Positions 10,313 to 18,126 are shown, counted from the first letter of the stretch. The stretch is DNA of 22,624 nucleotides from Fidelibacterota bacterium (GCA_030640955.1 DAOWIJ010000218.1:1-22624); one strand, 5' to 3'. A program made the numbers and translations. The notes: generated by a model not told the origin, from the letters alone.

Positions 10313-10361
10313 ATCCAATATCCAACATCCAATATCCAATATCCAACATCGAGTATCAATC
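10313..10361. repeat. tandem heptanucleotide repeat, copy A: ATCCAAT ATCCAAC ATCCAAT ATCCAAT ATCCAAC ATCGAGT ATCAATC
   Basis: Seven consecutive in-phase 7-mers read directly from the sequence. Intergenic, between the lipoprotein gene 3' end and the CoA-transferase 5' region. Preceded by GAGTTCC direct repeats (10280-10310). Confidence 0.9.
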
Positions 10362-10374
10362 TCCCTGCCATCAC

Positions 10375-11556
10375 TCACTCCATCCGCCTGCCTATGATGA
10401 TGATATCCTTCTGAACTCCCTCGCTGAAATCTTCACCAATAATGACGACCATATCTTTTAACACCGCCACCGAACTGAAATAATAAATAGGATTATTGAA
10501 TTCATTATACTTCTTCCAGGTGGCACCATTGAAGTGCCATATAAGCCCACCTGAACCAACAATAAATATATTATCTCGCCCAGAGCCACGTACTTTGTTC
10601 GGAAATCCCTGCAGTGAAATCTTCAGCGGTTTTGCCTTCCCCTCGCCCCTGATATCCTGCCACCAGATGCCATTGCCTCCTACAACGATGAGGCTGTCCT
10701 CGGTGGCCTGCCACAGGCTGCTGATATGGCCCACATAGCTCTGTGTCGTATCGGAGATCAGATTTGCGTTTTCATCGTAGTACTGGTACCAGTGGGTCTG
10801 CCAGCCGATGCCATCGTTAAGCATGAGCACGCTGCCAGCACCGTCCGTCACCTTGTACCCGCAGGTCCACACATACGAGCCATCGGACGAACCCCACACA
10901 TCTCTCAGATAGACATCCGTGGCTGTGTTCATGGGAGACACATACGAGCCGTTGTATCTAGCGATACCACCGTTATACCCAACAAGATAAAGGATATTAT
11001 CTGAAGGCCCCCACATTTCCCAGACACCCCCAAATCCAAAGTACCTAGGGTGAAAAAAAGTGTAATCTCTCCCATCCCACCGTGTCAGGGATGCGGTATT
11101 TGCGTTGAACCAAATGGTGCTATCGGGCGGAAAGCCGTAAACGGATCTCATATCATCGCTATAAGAGGTATCGATGGTTCCCCCTGGATATAAAGGTGAA
11201 TGTGGGATCCGTCTTAATTCCCATTCATATCCGTTCCAGTGGGCGGTATTGTACTTGCGCCGCCAGGTGGTTGAAGAATCCGCGTGAATGGTATCCGTAT
11301 GCATGATCGCTCCCACTGCCCAGATATCGTCCTCAGAGGCGGCATATACGTCGAAAAGGCGCGAGGTCAACTCACCCAAATGGTATACTTCCCAGACAAA
11401 TTCGTGGCTGGTTGTGTCGGGGCAGCAGATGTCGGGATCATCGGTGCAGGGGTGGTAATACTCGGGGCATACCACCGGGTCGGGTTCCGTGGGGCAGGCG
11501 ACAAACAGACCCAGGGCAAGGAGGGCATACAAGGCAAGTCTTAACGGTGAAACCAT
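10375..11556 (-). CDS. hypothetical lipoprotein with Cys-rich N-terminal segment and beta-propeller-like repeats (Ycf48/BNR-like)
   Basis: Signal peptide plus lipobox (LALGLFVAC). The next 30 residues contain 6 Cys (CPTEPDPVVCPEYYHPCTDDPDICCPDTT). Then a recurring motif of the form hhhVG.NGG.I..W.. occurs about 6 times (LYLVGYNGGIARY, LIVVGGNGIWWQD, IFIVGSGGLIWHF and others). Parts of the gene are markedly AT-rich, for example about 33% GC in line 10441. Confidence 0.6.
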   Translation of the reverse strand: MVSPLRLALYALLALGLFVACPTEPDPVVCPEYYHPCTDDPDICCPDTTSHEFVWEVYHLGELTSRLFDVYAASEDDIWAVGAIMHTDTIHADSSTTWRRKYNTAHWNGYEWELRRIPHSPLYPGGTIDTSYSDDMRSVYGFPPDSTIWFNANTASLTRWDGRDYTFFHPRYFGFGGVWEMWGPSDNILYLVGYNGGIARYNGSYVSPMNTATDVYLRDVWGSSDGSYVWTCGYKVTDGAGSVLMLNDGIGWQTHWYQYYDENANLISDTTQSYVGHISSLWQATEDSLIVVGGNGIWWQDIRGEGKAKPLKISLQGFPNKVRGSGRDNIFIVGSGGLIWHFNGATWKKYNEFNNPIYYFSSVAVLKDMVVIIGEDFSEGVQKDIIIIGRRME

Positions 11557-11810
11557 GGCCCGAATGTACGGGAAAATTGAAAGAGTTGCGAGTATCGAGT
11601 TACCCTGTCATCGCGAGTCCCGACGCTGCGGTAGGGACGTGGCGATCTGCCTACATCCCGGATTGCCACGTCGCTGACGCTCCTCGCAACGACAGGTGTT
11701 GCTCAGTTTACGGCCTGCGAGTTTCGAGATTCGGGGATCAAGCCCCGCCGCCTGTCCCCGACGCTTCGGGTCGGCGGATGACGGGGTCCCCCCGCATTCT
11801 GCGGGGTCCC

Positions 11811-11845
11811 ATCCAATATCCAACATCCAATATCCAGTATCGAGT
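11811..11845. repeat. tandem heptanucleotide repeat, copy B: ATCCAAT ATCCAAC ATCCAAT ATCCAGT ATCGAGT
   Basis: Five in-phase 7-mers, same family and orientation as copy A. Lies immediately 3' of the OsmC gene (minus strand). Preceded by the perfect hairpin CCCCGCA-ttc-TGCGGGG (11790-11806). Confidence 0.9.
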
Positions 11846-11861
11846 CCCCAGCCTCCAGCCT

Positions 11862-12293
11862 CTAGCCCGCTTCCCCCGGCTTGTGCACAATCACTTCGGT
11901 GGTTACCTCGGCAACCTTGTTGAGCATGTTGGTGACGGGGCAGTATTTCTCATCGGTGAGCTGCGCCGCCTTTTTCAGCTTGGCCAGGGGCAGATCGGTG
12001 CCCCAGAAGTGGTACTCGACGTGGATTTTGGTGTAGATGCGAGGCTCCGTTTCAGCTTGTTCGCCCGATATCTTCAGTCGGAAGTCGTCCATTTCCACGC
12101 TCATTTTGCGGAGAATAAGATCGATGTCGATGCCGCTGCAGCCGCCCATGGCGAACAGCACCATTTCCATGGGCTGGGCGGCGCCGTCCTGGCCGTAGTT
12201 TTTGGGCGTGGAGTCCATCACCACCCAGTGGCTGGAGGGGCCTTTCGCCATAAAAGTGCTGCCTTCCAGGCGGCGTACTTCAACTTCAGTCAT
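11862..12293 (-). CDS. OsmC/Ohr family peroxiredoxin
   Basis: 143 aa with AGAGG SD 8 nt upstream. OsmC-family blocks are present (PMEMVLFAMGGCSGIDIDLIL and KYCPVTNML) and both conserved Cys residues. Confidence 0.85.
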   Translation of the reverse strand: MTEVEVRRLEGSTFMAKGPSSHWVVMDSTPKNYGQDGAAQPMEMVLFAMGGCSGIDIDLILRKMSVEMDDFRLKISGEQAETEPRIYTKIHVEYHFWGTDLPLAKLKKAAQLTDEKYCPVTNMLNKVAEVTTEVIVHKPGEAG

Positions 12294-12322
12294 ATTAATA
12301 CCTCTAGATCATTATTGAAATT

Positions 12323-12592
12323 CTACTGGTTGGTGTGGCCGGTATCCCCACCATTTTCGCGGTGGGGTAGCGAGAGCACCTTGTACAGGCGCTCTTCCAC
12401 ATTGCCAGGGAGTTGCTCATCGGTATGTGCCTTGCGGTAGATTGAAACCGTTTTCCTGATGGAGTCGAACTGGGCCCGGCAGTCGGGGCAGCCCTCCAGG
12501 TGCCGCTGGACCTCTTTACAAAGTTCGGCGTCCAGGTCTTCGCCCAGCTGCTCGCAGACGGTGCGCTTGAATTTGTTGTCATGGTTGCTCAT
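12323..12592 (-). CDS. ZAS-type anti-sigma factor (zinc-binding, RsrA-like)
   Basis: 89 aa. H-x3-C-x2-C motif (HLEGCPDC) plus upstream Cys residues. The start overlaps the sigma-factor stop by 4 nt (ATGA) and a GGGAGGG SD lies upstream. Confidence 0.7.
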   Translation of the reverse strand: MSNHDNKFKRTVCEQLGEDLDAELCKEVQRHLEGCPDCRAQFDSIRKTVSIYRKAHTDEQLPGNVEERLYKVLSLPHRENGGDTGHTNQ

Positions 12593-13134
12593 GTGTTCCC
12601 TCCCTGCGGTCTCACGTGGGCCAGCAGGTTGCGCAGCTGGATGCGGGCGCGCATCAGCCGGACCTTTACGTTGGCCACGGTTATGTCCAGCATATCGGCG
12701 GTCTCCTGGGTGTTGAAGCCTTCAACGTCCCGCAGCAGGAACACGACCCGCAGGTGTTCCGGCAGTTTCTGCAGCGACCTGTCGATGGCTTCCCGCAGAA
12801 ATTGAGTGTCGTAATCGTCCTCGAAGTGGAAAGTGTGTTCCGCCAGCCCTGATGAGAGGGCCTTAAAATCATCGGGTTCGATATCCACATCGGGCGCCTT
12901 CCGCAGTTTGCGCAATTTGCCCAGGGCAATGTTGGTAGCGATGCGGTGAATCCAGGTGTAGATGGCGCTGCGACCCTGGAATGTATCCAGCTTCTGCATG
13001 ACAGTCAGGAATGCTTCCTGCAGGACATCTTCGGCATCGTCCTTATTCCCGGTCAGGCGCAGGGCCAGACCGTACACGCGGCTGGAGTACTGCTCCACCA
13101 ACCTGGCAATATCTGGTACATCTTGTTCCTGCAC
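12589..13134 (-). CDS. ECF (sigma-70 family, group IV) RNA polymerase sigma factor
   Basis: 181 aa starting at GTG. Region 2 (VYGLALRLTGNKDDAEDVLQEAFLTV) and region 4 (LPEHLRVVFLLRDVEGFNTQETADMLDITVANVKVRLMRAR) are both present. Translationally coupled to the anti-sigma gene. Confidence 0.85.
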   Translation of the reverse strand: MQEQDVPDIARLVEQYSSRVYGLALRLTGNKDDAEDVLQEAFLTVMQKLDTFQGRSAIYTWIHRIATNIALGKLRKLRKAPDVDIEPDDFKALSSGLAEHTFHFEDDYDTQFLREAIDRSLQKLPEHLRVVFLLRDVEGFNTQETADMLDITVANVKVRLMRARIQLRNLLAHVRPQGGNT

Positions 13135-13190
13135 GCAGGGAATTTACGCCGGAAGATTGCAAGTGTACCATGACAGCCACAGTCTTCCGG

Positions 13191-13526
13191 TTATGACTGA
13201 GCCGTTTCGGCAGTCAGGTGATAATCCAGCCGCTCGGTGATCATATTCTTGGGTACGGCGCCAACGATGCTGTCTACCAGCTTGCCATCACGGAAGATTA
13301 GCAGGGTGGGAATACCTGTTACACCGAATTCTCCGGGCTTCCTGTTTTCGTCGGCATTCAGCTTGCCAACTTTGGCGCGTCCCTCGTACTCAGTGGCGAT
13401 TTCTTCCACAACGGGACCAATAATGTGGCAGGGGCCACACCACGGCGCCCAGATATCTACCAGGGCCAGGCCCTGATGCTGGTCAATTTCCTGATTCCAG
13501 GTTGCGTCAGTTAAGGTAACAGGCAT
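13191..13526 (-). CDS. trxA: thioredoxin
   Basis: 111 aa with a WCGPC active site and AAAGGAG SD. Confidence 0.9.
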   Translation of the reverse strand: MPVTLTDATWNQEIDQHQGLALVDIWAPWCGPCHIIGPVVEEIATEYEGRAKVGKLNADENRKPGEFGVTGIPTLLIFRDGKLVDSIVGAVPKNMITERLDYHLTAETAQS

Positions 13527-13723
13527 TTGATTCTCCTTTGATTATGCCATTAAGGTGAAATTTTATGTATCCAGAAGTTAGATGAAAATCGTGGGCCCAG
13601 GTTACAAACAGGATAAAACAGGCGGCCTTGCCACCAGTAGGGCGCCGGCCTAACTTCCTTCTACGGACAACCTGAAAACATGACTCGATCCATCCAGATG
13701 CAGGGCACAACACTTCTTCAGCC

Positions 13724-14572
13724 ATGAACCTGGCTTTACTGGTTGGGTTGGTGGCCTGTTTCCTGGTCCTGGTGATCGGGGGAGCAATTCATTTCTACCG
13801 GGAGCGCCGAAGACGGTCGTTCCCCTGGTTTGAGCCGGAGCAATTATTACTGTTTGCCCACCGGGGAGTACCATCACGGGCGCCTGAGAATACGATCCCG
13901 GCTTTCGAGGAGGCAATCCGATCCGGAGTCGACGGCATCGAGTTGGATGTAATGGAGACGGCCGATGGTCAGCTGGTAGTGCGGCACGATTGGGACCTGG
14001 AACGGACGACCGATGGCACAGGCTATGTCTGGGAACATAGTTATGCCGACATACGGCAGTTCAACGCCTCCCATTCCTGGAGCGGTGATTTTGCCCGAAC
14101 TGCCGTGCCGACAGTGGGGGAAGTACTGGATATTATACCTGCGTCGATGCTGGTCAACATCGAGATCAAATCCTACCATTGGAGGTCTACCGCCCTGGAA
14201 GATAAAGTAGTGGCCGAAGTGCGCCGGCGCGGCATGGTGGACCGAACCATTATATCAAGTTTCAATCCCTTCTCATTACTGAAGGTGAAACGGCTGGAAC
14301 CGAGGCTGGCCATCGGCTTTATCTGGTGGGACATCAATATGCCGTGGGTGCTGCGCCGTCCCTACCTGCTGCCGCTGGTGCGGCCTGACTTTCTCCATGC
14401 AACTGACCGGGTAGTGACGCCCCGGGTGGTCAAGTGGGTGCACCTGCTGGGCATGAAGATCTACGTATGGACCGTCAACAACCGGCCGGCCATAGAGCAT
14501 TTCAAGGCCATCGGTGCAGATGGTATCTTTACCGACTTCCCCGAGTTAGTAAAGCAGGTTAACCGGAGTTAG
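13724..14572 (+). CDS. glycerophosphodiester phosphodiesterase (GDPD family), membrane-anchored
   Basis: N-terminal TM helix, then HRG...ENT..AFEEA...G.DGIELDV..T.DGQLVVRHD, the GDPD catalytic signature. Confidence 0.8.
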   Translation: MNLALLVGLVACFLVLVIGGAIHFYRERRRRSFPWFEPEQLLLFAHRGVPSRAPENTIPAFEEAIRSGVDGIELDVMETADGQLVVRHDWDLERTTDGTGYVWEHSYADIRQFNASHSWSGDFARTAVPTVGEVLDIIPASMLVNIEIKSYHWRSTALEDKVVAEVRRRGMVDRTIISSFNPFSLLKVKRLEPRLAIGFIWWDINMPWVLRRPYLLPLVRPDFLHATDRVVTPRVVKWVHLLGMKIYVWTVNNRPAIEHFKAIGADGIFTDFPELVKQVNRS

Positions 14573-14580
14573 CGGGGCCT

Positions 14581-16101
14581 ATGGGGCGGTCTGATTTAAT
14601 TAGCATTATCGTAGCAATCGGATTAACCGCCGGTTGCTCATCCAAACGCCCACCTGCGGTCACAGACGTCCGCTCGGAATTCGCGCCCTTGACGCCGCAA
14701 GCCCTCCTCGGTCACGTGGAATTCCTGGCCGACGATGCTCTGGAGGGGCGCAAAGCAGGCACAGCCGGCGCCCGGCGTGCCGCCACCTATATTAGAAATC
14801 AATTAGCGTATGCCGGGTTGGAACCGGCTGGAGAAAGCTATTACCAATCCTTCCCATTTTCCGCGGAGATTGAGCTGGGCCCGGGTAATCAGATTGCATG
14901 GCGGGGCGCCACCGCAGGTCAGTTGAGACCCGGTATTGACTTCAGACCGCTGGTTGCTTCACCGAACGCTGCCGTTTCCGGCCAGCTGGTTTTCGCCGGC
15001 TATGGTAAGCGTGATGACGAGATCATTTACGATGATTACGCGGACATTGATATGGGTGGGAAAATCGCATTGCTGCTGAGTCCCGGACCGCTGCTGGATG
15101 ACGAGCAATCGCAGACCAACCGGCGCAAACAGGTACTCACGGCCCGGCTGCAAGGCGCCGGCGCCGTCCTGCTGGTGCATTTAGGATCCAGTGGCTCGCC
15201 CTACGAGCTGCCGGTCCTGATACCCCGGAGCAGCCCGGCCCAGGCTGGGATACCAACGGCACTGCTGACCCAGGCCGCCGCCGACAGCCTCCTGGCTGGC
15301 GAACGCCTGACGGTGGAGGACCTGAGGCGTGAAATCGATACCTCACGGCTGCCCTTCAGCCATGAAATACGAGGTTTGACAGTGAGTCTCACTACCAATG
15401 TAACCGCCGTTGAGGATACCTCCCGCAATGTGGTGGCGGTGCTGCCTGGCAAGGGTAAACTGAAGGATCAATGGCTCATTGTGGGCGCCCACTACGATCA
15501 CGTCGGCATGGGGGGACCCGGTTCCGGTTCGGCGGTACCACTGGAGACGGCCATTCACAACGGAGCTGACGATAACGCCTCGGGGGTGGCCCTGCTGATC
15601 GATGTGGCCCGCTATCTGTCGGCCAACCAGCCTAAGGGCACCCGGCGCACGATGGTGTTCCAGGCCTTTGGCGCTGAAGAGCCGGGTCTGTGGGGGTCCA
15701 AATATGCCGCCGTACACCCGCCTTTACCTATTGAGACCGTTACCGCCATGGTGAACATGGACATGGTGGGCCGTCTGCGTCAAAACCGCCTGAGCATTCA
15801 CGGCGCCGGGTCATCCAGCGAGTGGCCCAGCCTGGTGAATACGGTTAACACGGACCAACTACTGCTCGATTTCACAGCCCAGCCCCAAGGGGCCAGCGAT
15901 CACCTGACCTACTTTCTGCGTGAAAAGCCGGTGCTGCACCTGACAACCGGCGGGCACGACCAGTATCATACACCCGATGATGACGTGGGCCTGATCAATT
16001 ACAAGGGTATGTCGCGTATCGGTGGGCTGGTGGCCCGCCTGGTGAGCGACCTGGCTACCCGGCCCGAACCGCTGCCGGTGAATCCGGTAGTGCCTGAATA
16101 G
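14581..16101 (+). CDS. M28-family zinc aminopeptidase lipoprotein (PA domain-containing)
   Basis: Lipobox LTAGC. LLGHVEFLADDALEGRKAGTAG, HYDHVGMG and NGADDNASGVALLID are hallmark M28 metal-binding blocks. Confidence 0.8.
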   Translation: MGRSDLISIIVAIGLTAGCSSKRPPAVTDVRSEFAPLTPQALLGHVEFLADDALEGRKAGTAGARRAATYIRNQLAYAGLEPAGESYYQSFPFSAEIELGPGNQIAWRGATAGQLRPGIDFRPLVASPNAAVSGQLVFAGYGKRDDEIIYDDYADIDMGGKIALLLSPGPLLDDEQSQTNRRKQVLTARLQGAGAVLLVHLGSSGSPYELPVLIPRSSPAQAGIPTALLTQAAADSLLAGERLTVEDLRREIDTSRLPFSHEIRGLTVSLTTNVTAVEDTSRNVVAVLPGKGKLKDQWLIVGAHYDHVGMGGPGSGSAVPLETAIHNGADDNASGVALLIDVARYLSANQPKGTRRTMVFQAFGAEEPGLWGSKYAAVHPPLPIETVTAMVNMDMVGRLRQNRLSIHGAGSSSEWPSLVNTVNTDQLLLDFTAQPQGASDHLTYFLREKPVLHLTTGGHDQYHTPDDDVGLINYKGMSRIGGLVARLVSDLATRPEPLPVNPVVPE

Positions 16102-16103
16102 CG

Positions 16104-16385
16104 CTAGAGCGGCTCCACCTTCACTTCCAGAAGCACCCAGTCACGGCCTTCTTCCAGAAGAGTGTTGACGGCCGACACGCGCTTCTCCACCACCTCCTTT
16201 TCCGCCGCCACGGTGACGAAGGCCAGCTCGGCCCGGTTCCACACGTCGTGCTGGCCTACTTCCGCCACCGACACGTTCATATGTTTGGTTACCCGGTCCT
16301 TGATGGAGCGCACCACCGCCCGCTTGTCCTTCAGGTTGTGGGCGTCGGGGATGTCTATGATGGCGCGCAGCAGGGCGATGTGCAT
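16104..16385 (-). CDS. DUF503 (YlxP-like) protein
   Basis: Assigned by resemblance to the DUF503 core MHIALLRAIIDIPDAHNLKDKRAVVRSIKDRV...VAEVGQHDVWNRAELAFV. I prefer the internal Met (93 aa) over the 107-aa ORF-track start, which would overlap the upstream gene. The stop lies 2 nt from the convergent M28 stop. Confidence 0.55.
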   Translation of the reverse strand: MHIALLRAIIDIPDAHNLKDKRAVVRSIKDRVTKHMNVSVAEVGQHDVWNRAELAFVTVAAEKEVVEKRVSAVNTLLEEGRDWVLLEVKVEPL

Positions 16386-16396
16386 GGGGGAAAGAA

Positions 16397-16984
16397 TCAT
16401 CTGATGCTTTGGAGTGATGATAAGCATCTCTGGAGACTATCACACACCCTTGAAGCATCCAAAGGGGACCAATGATTTTGGGCAAAATCAGCGATTCGTG
16501 AAGCGTATGCAGGTCCCTCTTTTGCAGTTCCGCCAGGGATTGGTACAATCTCCTCTCTCATATCATAACTGCCAAATCTGCTCACAATACGAATCAATTC
16601 AGCTTTGGGATCTTCTAGATTTTCAGGGTTCAAAGGGAATTTCGATTTTGAGATACGAAAATATTGCGCACACTTGGTGCGATCGCCCAGTATCCACGCT
16701 TCAACTTCTCTTACTACGATTCTAAAATGCATTTTAGGCGCAGGAGAAGGTAATAGTTTATCGTAAAGCTCTGGAGCACACACAGCATCATGATCCAAAT
16801 CCCGAAGTACAAACCAAGGGGCGAACCTTGCGGCGTTATTATAGCCTAGAAGATTCTTATCAAGCTGGTCTTTACCTCTTTTTCTATGAATTACCGCGAT
16901 ACCAAATCCAGCCATATCACAGATTCTTCGTACAACTGCTTCATCAGGATACCCCTCAACAGCAGCGGTGATGAAAGGACGCAT
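16397..16984 (-). CDS. small TOPRIM-like partner protein of the ATPase (resembles DUF4276 family)
   Basis: 195 aa. N-terminal ITAAVEGYPDEAVV (E-G...DE) and downstream LRDLDHD (DxD) form a TOPRIM-like acidic constellation. The ATG at 16982-16984 shares one nt with the ATPase TGA (TGATG). AT-rich. Family assignment is from memory of motif patterns and was not searched. Confidence 0.5.
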   Translation of the reverse strand: MRPFITAAVEGYPDEAVVRRICDMAGFGIAVIHRKRGKDQLDKNLLGYNNAARFAPWFVLRDLDHDAVCAPELYDKLLPSPAPKMHFRIVVREVEAWILGDRTKCAQYFRISKSKFPLNPENLEDPKAELIRIVSRFGSYDMREEIVPIPGGTAKEGPAYASRIADFAQNHWSPLDASRVCDSLQRCLSSLQSIR

Positions 16985-18126
16985 CAATCCCCAAAGAGAG
17001 CAATTTGAGAGGCATTGCTCGGTGATGTTCTCGGAAGCACTGCATCAGCGATAGAAAGGTCACCATTCTCAAGCAGAGCCACAATTTGATCATCGTCTTG
17101 GGCAGTGATAACTCTAGTCCCATCATAACTTGGCAGGAGCAATAGTACTTCATTTGCATCAATGCCCGAATCTTGTAATAAATCCCCCGAATGTGTGCTG
17201 ATAAATACTTGGCGGCCCCTTTTCCGACTTAATCTTGCAAACATTTGTGGCACGTGACGGATTAATTCGGGGTGAAGAGATAATTCTGGTTCTTCTAAAA
17301 GTAGCGGACCCGTCCCTTCAAGCACAGACCATAATAACCCTAGAAGTCTTAGGGTGCCGTCCGAAAATTGATCTTCTGTTTGCCACCCGGCATTTGGTCT
17401 CCAGTGCTCATAAAGACCTTGAATATGAGGGGTTCCTCGATTATCACGGACTAATTCTAAATCTTTAAGCTGGGGTACTGCCACTCGTAACGCGGTTCTT
17501 ATTTTATTTAGTCTGGATTCCAACGTGCTTTTAGGTGTCCTCGCGAGCCTCTCCAGAAAATCGCCACCATAAGGATCATTCACTTTGCCAGTCGAGCGAT
17601 CGGGTTCTCTTACTAATTGAGGGACAATATGGAGATACCTAACAGTGTTGAGAAATTCAGATATTTCCCGGAACTGCTTATTTGCATTTACCTGTTCTAA
17701 GTGCGTTTGCCTGAGACGTTCAGGGTCTGATTCATCCTCTTTGTCAGGTCTTGATAGAATAACTTCTCCAAATCTCTCAACAATTTCTTTTTCAACAACA
17801 GGTTTGCTTGCTCTATCCTGGACTATCTCAAGTCTATAGGTCCAATCTGGGTTTTCGCTATCATTCGCGCCAATATCTATTTCAAGAATAACTTGGGGGG
17901 CTCTCCGCGCAGCCAAACACCGAATCTTTGATACACCATCCCGTTTGTTTACTGCTTGCTGAAGTCCTCCCCCTACTGATGCAATGTCCTGTAAGAAGCG
18001 AAAAGCGTCCAACAAGTTTGATTTTCCGGCGGCATTCGGACCAACAATGAACGCTCTTTTCTGCAGTTTGATCTCAACCTTGCGGAAGTTTCGCCAATTA
18101 CTAAAATTGATTCGTGTAAACCTCAT
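16984..18126 (-). CDS. ABC-like AAA family ATPase (AAA_15/AAA_21 type, OLD/AbiLi/AriA/PtuA-like)
   Basis: Walker A (VGPNAAGKSNLLDAF), Walker B/D-loop (LLLEEPELSLHP) and H-loop (VFISTHSGDLL). I prefer the ATG at 18126 (MRFTRINFSNWRNF, the canonical N-terminus of this ATPase class) over the TTG at 18150 in the ORF track. AT-rich. Confidence 0.8.
   Translation of the reverse strand: MRFTRINFSNWRNFRKVEIKLQKRAFIVGPNAAGKSNLLDAFRFLQDIASVGGGLQQAVNKRDGVSKIRCLAARRAPQVILEIDIGANDSENPDWTYRLEIVQDRASKPVVEKEIVERFGEVILSRPDKEDESDPERLRQTHLEQVNANKQFREISEFLNTVRYLHIVPQLVREPDRSTGKVNDPYGGDFLERLARTPKSTLESRLNKIRTALRVAVPQLKDLELVRDNRGTPHIQGLYEHWRPNAGWQTEDQFSDGTLRLLGLLWSVLEGTGPLLLEEPELSLHPELIRHVPQMFARLSRKRGRQVFISTHSGDLLQDSGIDANEVLLLLPSYDGTRVITAQDDDQIVALLENGDLSIADAVLPRTSPSNASQIALFGD

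Noticed and set aside
11557-11861. tRNA, tmRNA, SRP or RNase P gene in the GC-rich hairpin blocks (also 18290-18680)
   Set aside because: No GGTTCGANTCC T-arm, no tmRNA tag-reading frame or 3' CCA context, and no SRP or RNase P conserved boxes. The only resemblance is a GGGGCUUGAUCC start on the minus strand, which is too weak.
11412-12440. 342-aa Arg/Gly-rich plus-strand ORF spanning the hairpin-rich intergenic block and the OsmC antisense strand
   Set aside because: It overlaps a well-supported OsmC gene on the opposite strand and runs across repeat elements. Its composition is what a high-GC non-coding frame produces.
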